Below are positions 25,332-37,420 of a stretch of 64,000 nucleotides of DNA, in pieces. Each line of letters starts with the position of its first letter. Within the stretch, counting starts at the first letter, position 1. The position numbers were made by a program, and so were the translations under genes. The stretch comes from Neoechinorhynchus agilis. Its lineage: Eukaryota; Animalia; Acanthocephala. A model generated the notes under the pieces. The model searched no databases. It was not told the origin of the DNA and saw nothing but the letters and a program-made list of their open reading frames with translations. Where the stretch lies: positions 1,488,001 to 1,552,000 of the forward strand of contig CM121341.1 of assembly GCA_051530055.1 (NCBI GenBank), read 5' to 3'.

Positions 25332-25613
25332 ATATTTCTTTCCACACACGGCCGAATGGACAGTCCACCGATTTTTGGTCTGGAAAGCGCTGGTCTGCGC
25401 TCAATGCCCCAAGACCGTATGGTAAGAGGACGAAATACTGCTGAAGGGAGGAAACTCACTGATGAGTCCCGCCTCCTGGATGTATCTGAGAATCCAGAGG
25501 GATGTACAAACTTATAATCGTTACGGTCTTGGGGCATTGAGCGATGACCAGCGCTTCCCAGACCAAAAATCGCGGGCCTGACTGTCCATTCGGCCGTGTG
25601 TGGAAAGAAATAT
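25332..25613 (+). mobile_element. SINE-like element copy 2, foldback form with ~88-92-bp inverted arms around a hammerhead-like core
   Basis: Arms 25332-25419 and 25522-25613. Core GGAC-GAAA (25428-35) ... GAG-GAAA-CTC-A CTGATGA-GTCC (25459-69), followed by a CCTC-CTGGAT/ATCCAG-AGG hairpin. Confidence 0.75.
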
Positions 25614-25624
25614 ATAGCCAAAGA

Positions 25625-28600
25625 CTACCGGCTGAGCCACATGTAAAAAATTCTAAAAAAATAGAGCTTTTTGCTGAAATCCAACGGACAAACTGATGGA
25701 TTCATGCGGGCTCCGAAGTTGGAAAGTTCTTTTTCAAAATAAAATATGTTATAGAAGTAAGTATCCTTATTTAAATGGTTCCCTCTTAAGAATGTTCCAC
25801 TAATGCTTTTAATATCTTTTTTGTAGCTTTCGGTCTGAAATTTAAATTCATTCTCACCCTTAAGCGGGATTATGTCCATTGCCACCATTCAATATTTACC
25901 ACCCCGAAGGATATTTTTGATGTTGTTACATTTAATACTACGAAACAAACTATTTCTATTGAATTAACTTCTGAAGCAACCAAATCAATCTTCGATGTAC
26001 CGGACCATGTTCTCAATGACTAAGACAAAATCTTTTCTCTTCTCACCAGCAATGATCGAAATAAGCCATTCAAGAGTCTACAATTTTTCGTTATTCTCTT
26101 TTTATGATTTTCTTATATATCTCACTCAGTTCTCCCTCAACAGTGTACTTGAGCTGATCATCTAACTGTAAAGATAATTTTGTTTTTGGGAATGCTGTTG
26201 ACTGTCTCAGGGAATACAGAGATTATCCTTTACGTGAATTGATAGTAGTTATCCATTGGTTTTAGGACCAATCAATTTCAAGTCAAAATGTGGAGTGAAT
26301 ATCGAAATTTCAAGTGTCTCTTTGCCCGCAGAAATATTCTATTCTGGCAATAGACGATGCTTAAGTATACGAATAACAAAAATGCAATAAAATCTACCAA
26401 ATATTTTTATTTACACAAACAAAAGAGTAGTATTTTTAATGAACCTCTGTTCGAAGAATGCTTTTCGAATTAAAATCACCCTTCAGAATCGAAATCATAA
26501 ATACCCGTTTCCGCTTCGTTTTTCCCCTCGTAAAATCTGATATTTGTCTTTTTCTCAGATTTCTTCATGAGCTCTGCTCTCGTTTTCTGCTGCCCCGTTT
26601 TTTTGGATTTATTTCTCAGAACCGCTACTCGTTTTCGAGATTCTAACTATTCTTCATCAATATCAGCCGTCGTACCATTTATTTTCTTCATCAATTTTTC
26701 AAGCAGTCCCTTGTGCCGAATATTTAATTGATTCGAACTAACTTGACTTAGGATGTTCACCAAATTGTTATTCCGAATTTCACTCAGCGCTATTTCACGT
26801 TCAATCATCGCGCTGAATATTCGCCTTAGCATCGCACGGTTCCGAAAAGTGAACTCGTCCAAAGTGCTTTTAAAAATTGACAACTTTGAGGATTTACTTT
26901 TTGAAATGGATTCGTTCTATGATTTATTTTTTAACTGCTATTTGGATTTATCTTCCATTGAAATATTGGGCATTTCCTGGAAGTCGGCGATTAAAGATTT
27001 CCATTGTTTTATTTCCTATTTGACTGGTATTGTCGACTAGCGGTTCGTTTTCCTCGTTGCTGGTTATGACACGAAGAATACTTCTGAAATCATAATCTTT
27101 GATTTTATCCGCCGTCATGGGTGATTCTGAAATCCCCGAAAGGACATCGTCTACCAGTTCTAAGGTCTTGGTTGCGTATTGAGAATCCAATAAAAACTTT
27201 AGTAATTTAATCTCCTTAGTTAAAAGAAAGGAGGCATCCAGGATTTGGATTCTGAAATCTGCTTATGGTGAACATTTCCGACGTTGTAGCCCATTGCACT
27301 TTCCTTATCGGTATTGATAATCTTTAGCGATTTTGTGCTTTGGTCGGAAATTGCATTAGAATCCTGTTCACTAGAATGATTATCCAATATTTTCAGTTCT
27401 ACCTCTTTTGCTTGATTTAATTTGGATTTGGTCGCTCGTCCTTTAGATCGTTTTTGATTGAAAGCCTCCTTGATCTTCATACCAACTTGGTTTATCTATT
27501 ACTCTTGATGCTTGAGAGTTGATTACACGGTCAGTGATTCTTTTCATTTAATGTTCAAGGGAATTCATTCATAAAAGTGATCGGAATTCGAATCCTTAAC
27601 ATACCTTGATAATATGATTTGATTAAAGTCGCTTTGAAAAATTGGCAAATTAGGTGATACGCGTTAATGCAGTTGATATTTTACTTTGAACTCTATCATC
27701 AAGTATGAAATTCATAGGATATTATGGAGTTGATGATATCTTAATAATTTCTTGCAAGTTCTGCGGAATTTTGATTAAATTTAAAAATAAACATGTCTTC
27801 CTTTAGTTTCTCTTTTTATTTTTAATTAAAATAAATTTTAGATTTATCGCCAAATAAATTCATGCACGTTTTTCCTTTTCCTAAATATCTCGGTGTACCC
27901 AAAGCATAAAATTATATTTTATTAATCAAGCCGAAGGAAATTGATTAATATATTTGATCGCAATTGCTTATTAAATAACACACGAAGTGTTGTGGTCTTT
28001 CTAGCACCTGTAATCAGGTGTTTATTTGATTTCCTAGAGTTTGTGATTTTTCGCTTAGTATTAAATGAAACAAACATTTTAACGTTCTTGAAGAATAAAC
28101 TAAAACTAATTTTTAAGGTAGTATTATTTTGAGATACATCACTCAAGAGTAAAATTCAAAGTGAAAATCAATATCCATTAAAAACACTTGATCTTATTTT
28201 TTTTAATTTTAGAACATAAAAAAAGCAACGACAGTTTGTTCGATCAATCCTCATCTTTTATAATCTTGTCATTTTCACTAATTTCGATATTTCTATTTTG
28301 AGCATCCTGGTTCTTTTTTGTCTAGTTAATAGTTTCTTCTTTATTTACCCTCCGTATTGCTATAGTTCTGCTCATTTGAATCATTTTCACCTTCTTTATC
28401 TTCATTTTCCTCATCTACAATGGTGGCAACTTTAATGTTCACTTTACTATTTGTCAGTGACTTTATAATGAAGGCCATGTCTTTTTTATTGATGTTCAAT
28501 ATATCAGCATTCAATCTTAAGATCTCAAAATCCTCATCGCCCATTAGAAACTTCCATAAAATTTTCATTGCCGATATCCTGCCATTGTTCGTCGTTTTGG

Positions 28601-30023
28601 CAGGTAAACCATTCAGGAATTTTCTGTTCCTTTTTTGCCTTGTGGATAATAACAATAAATTATTCTGGAATCGGTGGCATCTCCTTCTCGAGTTATAAGG
28701 CAGAAACAATGTCTTCGATATCCTCGCTATCGCTGGCCTCCTCCATCTTAACTTTGTTATTTTTCGTGTATTTTCTTTGAGCGGGACGAAAATAAGTTGA
28801 TAAATAACTCGAGATTCTTAAATCCTTTTGATGTCTTTGCCGTGAATACTTATTATTTTTGCTCTTTGTACAATTTTCAAGCATACTCCTTGTTTAGTCG
28901 TCGACTCGAACGCTCAATTGCACGATGACTGGGACCTTTTCCTCTTGGTCGCTGTTTTTTCCATTAATATATAGTTTTGCCGAGAAGAGGTGATCATTTT
29001 GGGACTGGATTTTTAAGGGTTCCCTCTCGTCAATTGTTTTACCCGGCTCACAGGTATTATTAGGGCCGTTAAGTTCACTTGGTGTCCTTAACAGTTGATG
29101 TGGAAATCCCGAAGGAAATTGATTAATACCGATTCCGCCGCTTACAAATCTATAAGCCGCATTTGATTGATTTATTGGATAAATTTGTCCAACTTGATTC
29201 CCTAAAGATATTGCCTGCATATTAGCTATAAGTTGTGGCATGGGCGATATTGCTGGTCTAAGAGGTAATTGGGTCCATCGTTGGGCCGGAAAGCCACAAA
29301 TCATGTTAACATTTTGTATACCGCCGAAATTCCTTTCTTAGCCGATAGCATTATTTGTTGTTTGTGGTTGTTTCTGCAGCGTGGGATTTTGTTGATTATG
29401 GACGAATTGAATCCTTTGCCTCCCCGAGTCGCTGTAATGTTCCGCTGTGTTTACAGCACTGTTATGTGCCGCTGCTTGAAATCGTGAACTTGACTCCCGC
29501 TGATATCTCAATAATGATATTTGATCGCGTCCATTGCCGCGAGTTGAATTGAATTCAAGAGCAGCCTTCTGTTCACTTCTGGCACGACTTTTAGAATGTA
29601 AATCTTCAACATTTGTGCCACTATTTCCTAAATGATGTTCTGACAGAAATGCTGAGTATAACTGTTGCTTCTCGAAAGTTGATTTTGTCGGCGATCAGGT
29701 TGATAGCGAGTGCAACGAGCCGATCCACAGCAATTTCTATTTGCCCAACAAATTTCATTCGGCCTCGGTACACTCCTGGTTCTGTTGTTTGCAGTATGAA
29801 TCTCTAAAAATGATCTTTGCTGAGAAACAGGATTTAAATTCAAATTTCCATTGGGCATTGCAGTTTCGCTCATTTTATCATTTGACATCTGTGGCTCATT
29901 GTTATTTCTGGCCGGTCGGAAGACTATTCGTGCTGTCCACGTTCCATCTCTTAGCTGTTGGCTTGGAATATAGTATTCTCCAGTTCTGGGATCAATTTTC
30001 AATTGCGGTCTTCTGTCCGTCAT
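25625..30023 (-). pseudogene. Long decayed coding-like region of unidentified origin
   Basis: Chain of minus-strand ORF fragments broken by stops and frameshifts (25625-25888, 26647-27480, 28341-29304, 29628-30023); no diagnostic motif recognised. Confidence 0.35.
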
Positions 30024-30829
30024 CTTAGCAAAATTTAATGCTTTTTAGTATGGATATGGTGCTTGTCGCTGTTTAATAGACGTTGATTTAAATTAGCTGT
30101 CAGGTCGTCTAATTTCAGTAGGTTTGTAAGTGGAAAGCTGAGTTCAAGAAGGTTGCTGCTAAGCTCGTTAGTTCGAGGTTCCAAGTTACTCAACGATGTA
30201 TACAATTCAGTTACAATCGTACGCAGAGTGGGCTTCCGGACTGCGTTCCGTAACCAATCAGCGTGATATACTATGCTTATTTAATTAATGTAACCAATCA
30301 TAACACTATCTCTGGAAGCAGCCACTGATATGCCGCTTCCGTTGTTAATTAAGCGCTCTTGAATTCTGCGATGACTTTGATGGCCGAATTACACTCGCTG
30401 GTTCTGAAAAAATCAGCTCAGCATTTGAACGTAGATGAGATTACATTACTCCTGGTTCTATGAACGAAAAAGCTCAAATTAAAGAAAAACATTTCACTAA
30501 TAACCTTTAGTTACAACTTCGATATTTCTGCTGTCAACAACTTTACAATCATTAATATTTTAAATGTCATAGAAATACATGTTTTCTAAAAGTTAAAAAT
30601 TTAAATATTTGTTATATCATTAACTTCAACGACTATAATGCCCCAAATAACTTTAATTGATTAGAAACTGTAGTTCCGGATTATCATTTTGATCCCAGAC
30701 TATAGAAATAAATTTCAGTTTTTAATTAATTTCCGGTTATGACCAATATGGAAGTGCGCCACTTTATCAAGTGTAAACAATTTGCAGAATGTAATTTCCT
30801 GCTAAAAGATTCTAATCAAGATTTGCTAG

Positions 30830-31080
30830 ATATTTTTTCCATACATGGTCGAATGGACACACAGTCCACCGATTTTTTGTTTGGGAAGCGCTGGTCTGCG
30901 CTCAATGCTCAAGACCGTAAGGCTATAAGTTTGTACATCCCTCCGGATTCTCAGATACCTCTAGGAGGCGGGACTCATTAGTGAGTTTCCTCCATTCAGC
31001 AGTATTTCGTCCCCTTTGATGTGCGTAATCGGTGGTAATGGATTCGAACGCCTCTGTTATAAATCGGTAACTCTTTCAAT
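30830..31080 (-). mobile_element. SINE-like element copy 3 (B-box head, core, single tail arm)
   Basis: Minus strand reads GTTCGAATCC (31049-31040)...GGGGACGAAATACTGCTGAATGGAGGAAACTCACTAATGAGTCCC...TACGGTCTTGAGCATTGAGCGCAGACCAGCGCTTCCC. Confidence 0.7.
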
Positions 31081-32220
31081 GTTGTTTCTGATTCTCGTTA
31101 TCTCATATTCAAAAAGATGCTCTTTTATTCGAGAAACAAATACATAAGTCGATCACACGTCCTGCTTATCTCCCTGAGCTAAGATATTAACAGCAGTGTT
31201 TCTATTTTTTGAAGTCACTTGACAATAAGCTAATAACACACCAGCCCTTTTGTCCTCTGCTTATTGTTGTTCCATTTTGAATAATCTGGGTGGTCGTGAT
31301 GCTTTGAGATGGATCGGATTGACCGCCTGTTGTCTTAATTTTTGCTTGTAGAATAATCAAAGCATAAGAAAAAAGTAACTATTATCGGCTATCAATGAAT
31401 AAATCACCAATCAATGAAGAGACTTGATCAAGAAACCGACTACTCACTAAACGTTCCTCTTGTTGATTATATAATCGTTCTGGCTTACGACAAAGTATCA
31501 CAATGCCATCGGTATCCAAATCGCAAAAATCGTAACCATTTTTAATGACATGTTTATTTGGTTTGTTTGATAACAATAATTGGACCCACGTACCTCTGGG
31601 TCCTCTTTGTGGCATTGTTTTTGATGAAGATAGGGTAATCGTTATTTGACCGATAAACAATTTTGGATTGAATCCATGGAATGCGGATTTGGTGAGGCCG
31701 GGGGAAGTCCGTTCGGCTGGGAATATACGGTCTGAGTGTGTCCGTTCTGGTGGGGATTAGTGATTATGGTTTGCAGGAGAGCTTGTGAGATTTTCCTTTC
31801 CTCAGGCTCATTTCAGGTTATGATATCCGAGAAGATTGGGCAGCATGGAAAAAGGAGCATAGATATAGTGAGGTGCGCTGTATAGGAGGGTGAAACGAAT
31901 TAGGACTACTAGTGCTGAGCTCGTGTGAAAAGGGTGCGATATGTGGAAGAAATTGTGGTGGTCGGGTTGAAAGGCATTTTCATTGTTATATGGAAATAGC
32001 ATCTAGGAGCGTAGATATAAGGAGGTGCGAGGTCAAGGGAGCATGAAACGAATTAGGCTTACGAGTGTTCTGCTGGTGTGAAACGGAAAATAAAATGTGA
32101 TAAAAAAGTGTTGTGGTAGGGTTTAGAGGCGTTTTATTTGTTTTATGAAAATATTATAAGGCATTCGATGAGAGGAAAAAATCAGCTGAGCAAATTTTCG
32201 ATGCTCTTTTATGAAACATT

Positions 32221-32853
32221 TCAAAACGACGGATTTGAGATTTGGATAGATAAAAAAAGATGGGATAACCGTACGTGTGGGAGGGTAAAATAAAGCTGAA
32301 GTAAAATTTTGATAGATCGGGGTACCCCTATGATGATGGATAGGCTGATTGAGGATGTATATCGGCAGAGTGTTTGCGATTGTGAAGATAAGATTCGAGC
32401 AAGCGGATCTGCCACAATTTTTGGACAGAAATCGGGGCAGGCCCGGAGACGGAGTGGATGGTCCACTGGGTCGAATGCTTTCGATAAATCGAAATGAATG
32501 AGAAGGGTGACGTGCGAGGGATTATTGAGGAGTGTGCCATAAATGCAAAGTAGGGCATCGGTTGCAGAAAATTTGGGCCGGAAACCGAATCGTAAGGGGC
32601 AGAGGTTCTGATTAATGGAATCTAGAGCTTGTTTTAATTCCGTGGAGGACAAATTAGGAAAGGGATCTGGTTGGCGTAGACCAAGAGTCCTTGACGGTCG
32701 GCCACCATGTTGAATTGCCACCTGAACGAATTTTGGAGGAAAGAAAGTTTTTGCGGGCAACAAAAATTTTTTAATTGGAGCTACTTGTAAACGGGGAAAG
32801 TCTGGAGAGTTATTGAGGTGGAACTTAGATGCTTGCTTTTGACGAAGATTCAA
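32221..32853 (-). mobile_element. Decayed LINE RT fragment related to the 20.1-kb copy
   Basis: RFGFRPKFSATDALLCIYGTLL and FDLSKAFDPVDH motifs. Confidence 0.8.
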
Positions 32854-33691
32854 GATGGCGGGGTTTCAATGGTTTTATGCGTGGTTGTTTCAAAAAATTA
32901 AAATTAGTTACAACAGGTGCTTTGGCAAATAAGAGTTCGGATTATTATCTCGGTGGCGAATGCGTGCAAATTTTGGTTCGCAAATTTGCGCTGACAATTG
33001 TTTGGATCATTTAAGACTCCCGGATCCTCCAGACGGACCGGGAACCTCTAAGGTCAGTAATGGTGAAGGTAGAAATTTGTTGGATATAATTCGTAATTCC
33101 AGTTTTGATGGAGCTCTGGGTTCATCGCTTCCCGTAAACCAGGAAGGTGGTTATCACTGTGGTATCTCCGGTTTTGATAGAGATTTGGGAGCATCGTTGA
33201 AAAATAGGTATAATCTCCGACCAGTTAAATAGGAGGACTATATTTTTATCATTAAAAATGAAGATCTGTTCAAAAAAGAAATAGGAATAAAAAATATCGC
33301 AAAAGAATTCGCCAAAGCTTATCCGAAAAATTCTAAGATTTTCAAAAGAATATTTCCATATTCCCATAAAATTGTCCTTTTTTCAGAAAAATATAAGGAT
33401 TTCCTGAAATACCTATTTACCATTCCCTACTCAGATTTCTCCAGGAAATGCAACATTTTGATGCTAAAGGATAAAAAATATATAAGAGATCATTTGGGAA
33501 TAATATTTTTAAAATACTTTAAGCCAAATTGCCAAATGCAATGTTGGGACAGACATTGACGATGGATGTAGAAGGGACAGATTGTCGATCGGATTACTTG
33601 GTTTTAACGTCACCTTCGCAGTATTCAAGAATGAGATGGACGATTTTATACTCATATCAATGCAGAAAATGTGAAAATCGAAGGATACATG

Positions 33692-33887
33692 TTTTTTCCC
33701 GGATTTGGCGAAATTTATTAAATTATTTAAAGGGTCAATATTTCGACTCGCTTGTGAGTCTTCTTCAGGACGTTGCTTGTAAGTTTTTAAATATTCGAGT
33801 TCGAGCAACGTCCTGAAGAAGACTCACAAGCGAGTCGAAATATCGACCCTTTAAATAATTTAATAAATTTCACCAAACCGGGGAAAA
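33692..33887. mobile_element. Palindromic element (~85-bp arms, 26-bp spacer) with a minimal hammerhead in each arm
   Basis: Arms 33692-33777 and 33804-33887. Plus strand: GTC, CTGAAGA (33813-19), A, GACTC-ACAAGC-GAGTC, GAAA (33837-40), TA, TC, GAC. Confidence 0.75.
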
Positions 33888-34223
33888 TGCAGAAAATGTC
33901 AGGGGCACATGGCATACAAATGCGGTAAAAATGCAGCTGGCACTCACTGCAGTGGGGAGCACCTGTTCAGTAATTGCAAACATTTTGAACCATATGGCAT
34001 ACGATACCAGATGCGAGGAGGCAAAAAAGTATTTGAATTTTTTCATTAGCAGTGGCGAGAGTAGGATAATGGAGACAAGGGATCAGTAAAATATATTTCT
34101 CAAAATCCTCATCAAGAGCCAGATTTGAAGTCCATCAAATTTTGATTCACTAAAGAAAATGAGGGCTTAGGCGTTCAAAGTTTTTCAAAATATTACGTTT
34201 TGTTGAAAAGATAATTCATTGTT

Positions 34224-34332
34224 ATTTGTCGATAGGAGAGATAAATGAAATTAAGATTTTATCTTCAGCAGAGATAGTGGATCGAAATATCCAATAAATT
34301 CTTAATTTCATTTATCTCTCCTATCGACAAAT
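34224..34332. repeat. Perfect 33-bp inverted repeat with 43-bp spacer
   Basis: 34224-34256 is the reverse complement of 34300-34332. Confidence 0.85.
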
Positions 34333-34799
34333 ACAAAATCAAAATATTACAAAAGGGCTTGAAGCTATTAGAAATGAGAGTAAGGAATTGAAAAGTTCCT
34401 TAAAAAGCTTAATTAAAACCTTAGAAAAAGTTAGAATGGGAGGGGGCGACGTTGAAGGTCGAGGAGGCATTAAAAAGAGCTTTGTCGATTTTCAGCATGG
34501 AAGATACCAAACCCGATTCGGGACCGACCAAGAAGGTATATGCAAACAACTTCGATATTTTCAGTTTTCCAATAGGAATGATTTTTTTCATTGAGGATCG
34601 CGTTCGGGTTGTTAGATATATTGTTATTTGGTTCGCCAGGGCATGGAAAATCCAGGAACTTAGATAAATTAGATAATGATTTGTTTGGAGGGTTTTTACA
34701 AGAAACAGGGACCTTCCATCATTTGGCTTACCTATTTATGAATGTTCTTTAACTAAGCCAATCTACCCATCAAATAGCAAAAACTACTCCGGTGGTTTA

Positions 34800-37200
34800 C
34801 AATCATTTTTGAGAAAAGATATTCAACCGAAAATGATCTGTGAAATTCATACGAATGAGCACGTTATTCAGATAATATCATCCCTGAATCCTTTTCTAAA
34901 TAAGGAAGCTTATTGCGGGCCCCTTAAAATAATTTGGGAGAATTTCTACCGCAATCCAAAGTGTAACATTAGAAAATCATTAGAGGTCATGAAAGAGCTC
35001 TTAGAAGTTTGGAAGCCTGATATCATGACTGGTGACTTCAATAATAATTACTTGAATGCCTATAGAAGCTTATTCTCATCTAACTATACCACCATTATCT
35101 CTCAAGAACCCTCGTTCCACAATTGGTCGCGAGGATTTCACTCTTTTATAGATGGAGCAATAGTAAAGGTTTGAATGCTTTATTCACCTAGGAAATCCAA
35201 ATGAGAATGAGCTGGCGTCTGGGTCATGATGCTTCGTTCTTCACAAGCACTGGCCGAGTCTCTGAAAAAGCGTATAAAATTAACACCAAATCTATTTTGT
35301 TTTTTAATAAATTTTTATTGGAACGAATTACCCGAATTGTTAATCATGACTCATCGCTGATGAGGTTTAATCAGCTGTGCTGCTTAGGTTCAGAGCTGAT
35401 CTTAAAACAAACTAGAAACGCAGGCTTTAGGCGTCGTCAAGATCGCAATTTGGGATTTCTTATTAAATTAGAAATTGAAGCTAGAGAAAGCGAACATCAC
35501 TCAATTGCCCAAGTATTTAAAAAAATACTTCTCTTCTATTGGAAGGAGATTAAAAAAGAGAGGAAAAATCTATTGAAATGTGCAGCTTTCTCTAAAAAAT
35601 GGTGGAATATAATTTTAAATAAGAAATTTGTGGGCTGGAAGTCCAAAGCAAGTTCATGGATAGGGTGCCCTTCCTATCCTGAAGCAGTTAAATCAATTTT
35701 AAACTACCCCATGGGTGAAATCAGACCCGAGCCATATTTAAGACTCATTAATTTTAACGATAACTTGGAGGAGAGTGATTATTTTTCTACCGGTGCTGAT
35801 TTTATAAACGCCTGGTCGGTGGGTCACTCATGGCTCATAATACGTTCTCGCCTCCACCGGCAATATTTAAACTAATAAGCGAAGAGGTTAAGTCTGTGAT
35901 GATTTCGAAAATATTTTTTAATTTGAGAATTTATTCAATAATGGAGATTAATAAAGTCAAACGTATTTTGATTCCCAAAAATAATTGCAAAAAGATCACG
36001 CAGGCCAAGGAATTGAGGTCCATTTCCATTCAAGGCCCCCTCCATAACTGAAAGAGCGATAGCATGGAAGCTCTTAGATTTCGTTCAAGATAATCATTTA
36101 ATTCCGCCTTTCATGCACGGTTTTGTTCCAGAGAGAGGTGTCCACAGTCTGATTGAACAATTAATGGATTTATCTAGAGAAAGACAACGATATGTCAACG
36201 TGTTGCTACAATTAGACATATCGAAAGCATTCGATGAAATTGATCGCTCTTTTATATATAAGACTAAGATTTTTGAAAGTGCCTAAAAAACTTATCTACC
36301 ATACTATGATCCTATCAGAGACAAAGGGGGCCTTTTTTGAACTTGATAAGGATAAGAGAATTTTCCATCCTGTTCACGGAGTCACCTTTATCACCAATCT
36401 TGTTTGTGGTAGCTGTGCCTTTTTTATTCAAAAACTTCAAGCTTAAAAATGGATCTGAAATTTTCGTTTACGCGGACGATATTTCCTTTTTTTTATCAGA
36501 GAGGTTTCTGAGAAATATCCCAGAGGCAATTAAAAGTTGGCTGCAAAAAATAGGAAAACTACTGGCGAAAGCTCGTCTGGATATAAATCTCCAAAAATGT
36601 CTTATTATCCCTAACAACCAGACCAGAGCAACTAATCTTAGAACTTTAACACTTTTATCTAATTTTAAAGAGTTGCCGAAAATTTAGAAAAATAGCAAGT
36701 TATTAGAACTTAAGGTCCCGTTATTTGGATACCCGATTTACGACTTGGGAAGGACTCGAAATATGTTTTATAAAGCTAAACTCATATTGAAAAGGGGGAG
36801 GCGTTTTATGTCTAAATGATAAAATGGTGATAAATATAATTAAAACCCTTATTTTTGGTACAATTTTTTATGAGGCAGACTGCCAGAACAACGATTAATG
36901 ATGTTTTTTAAAATCTTCCCGATTGTTAAAAAGATCAAGTTTTTATCAGTTGAATCAAATAAGGCATTGAATAAAGATCTGGCGATTATCTTTTTATCCA
37001 AAATATGGTTTTGTAGCTGTAAATATAAATTCGCAAAACTTGTTTTTAATTCACACAATCAAATGTGCCTGCAACTAATGAAAGCAAAGTTTGATTCAAC
37101 TAATTTTAAAGAAATTTTAATCCGAGACTTTCTTAAGAAAAACCTTGATCATTTTTTAGAATCATTTATATTCCCCTTCACAAACGGTGAGTTACCTTAA
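34800..37200 (+). mobile_element. Decayed AT-rich non-LTR retrotransposon (endonuclease + RT)
   Basis: IMTGDFN, ILIPK...LRSISI, HGFVPERG, LDISKAFDEIDR, SPLSPILF and YADD motifs across broken frames. Confidence 0.75.
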
Positions 37201-37420
37201 CAAATCTTAGGACCATTTATAGGAAATGGAAGTATTTGAAACCAAACACGGCTAAATGCGCTTATTCTTGGTTTTGATAATTGCGCAAAGACACAAAAGT
37301 GTGCGCAGTAACGACTAAATCTCAAGCAATTGTAGAAAAGGATTGTAATGGAGGTTCTTAGAAAATGAATGATTGTAACCAGTATGAGTTAATAAATAAA
37401 TAAACAAATAACAAGATCGA

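Noticed and set aside
25459-25490. Box C/D snoRNA (UGAUGA...CUGA)
   Set aside because: It lies in a dispersed repeat, lacks a terminal stem and box pairs, and the GGAC-GAAA/GUCC complement fits a hammerhead core better.
24858-35363. Isolated CTGATGA at 24858 and 35357 as hammerheads
   Set aside because: No stem II followed by GAAA in either case.
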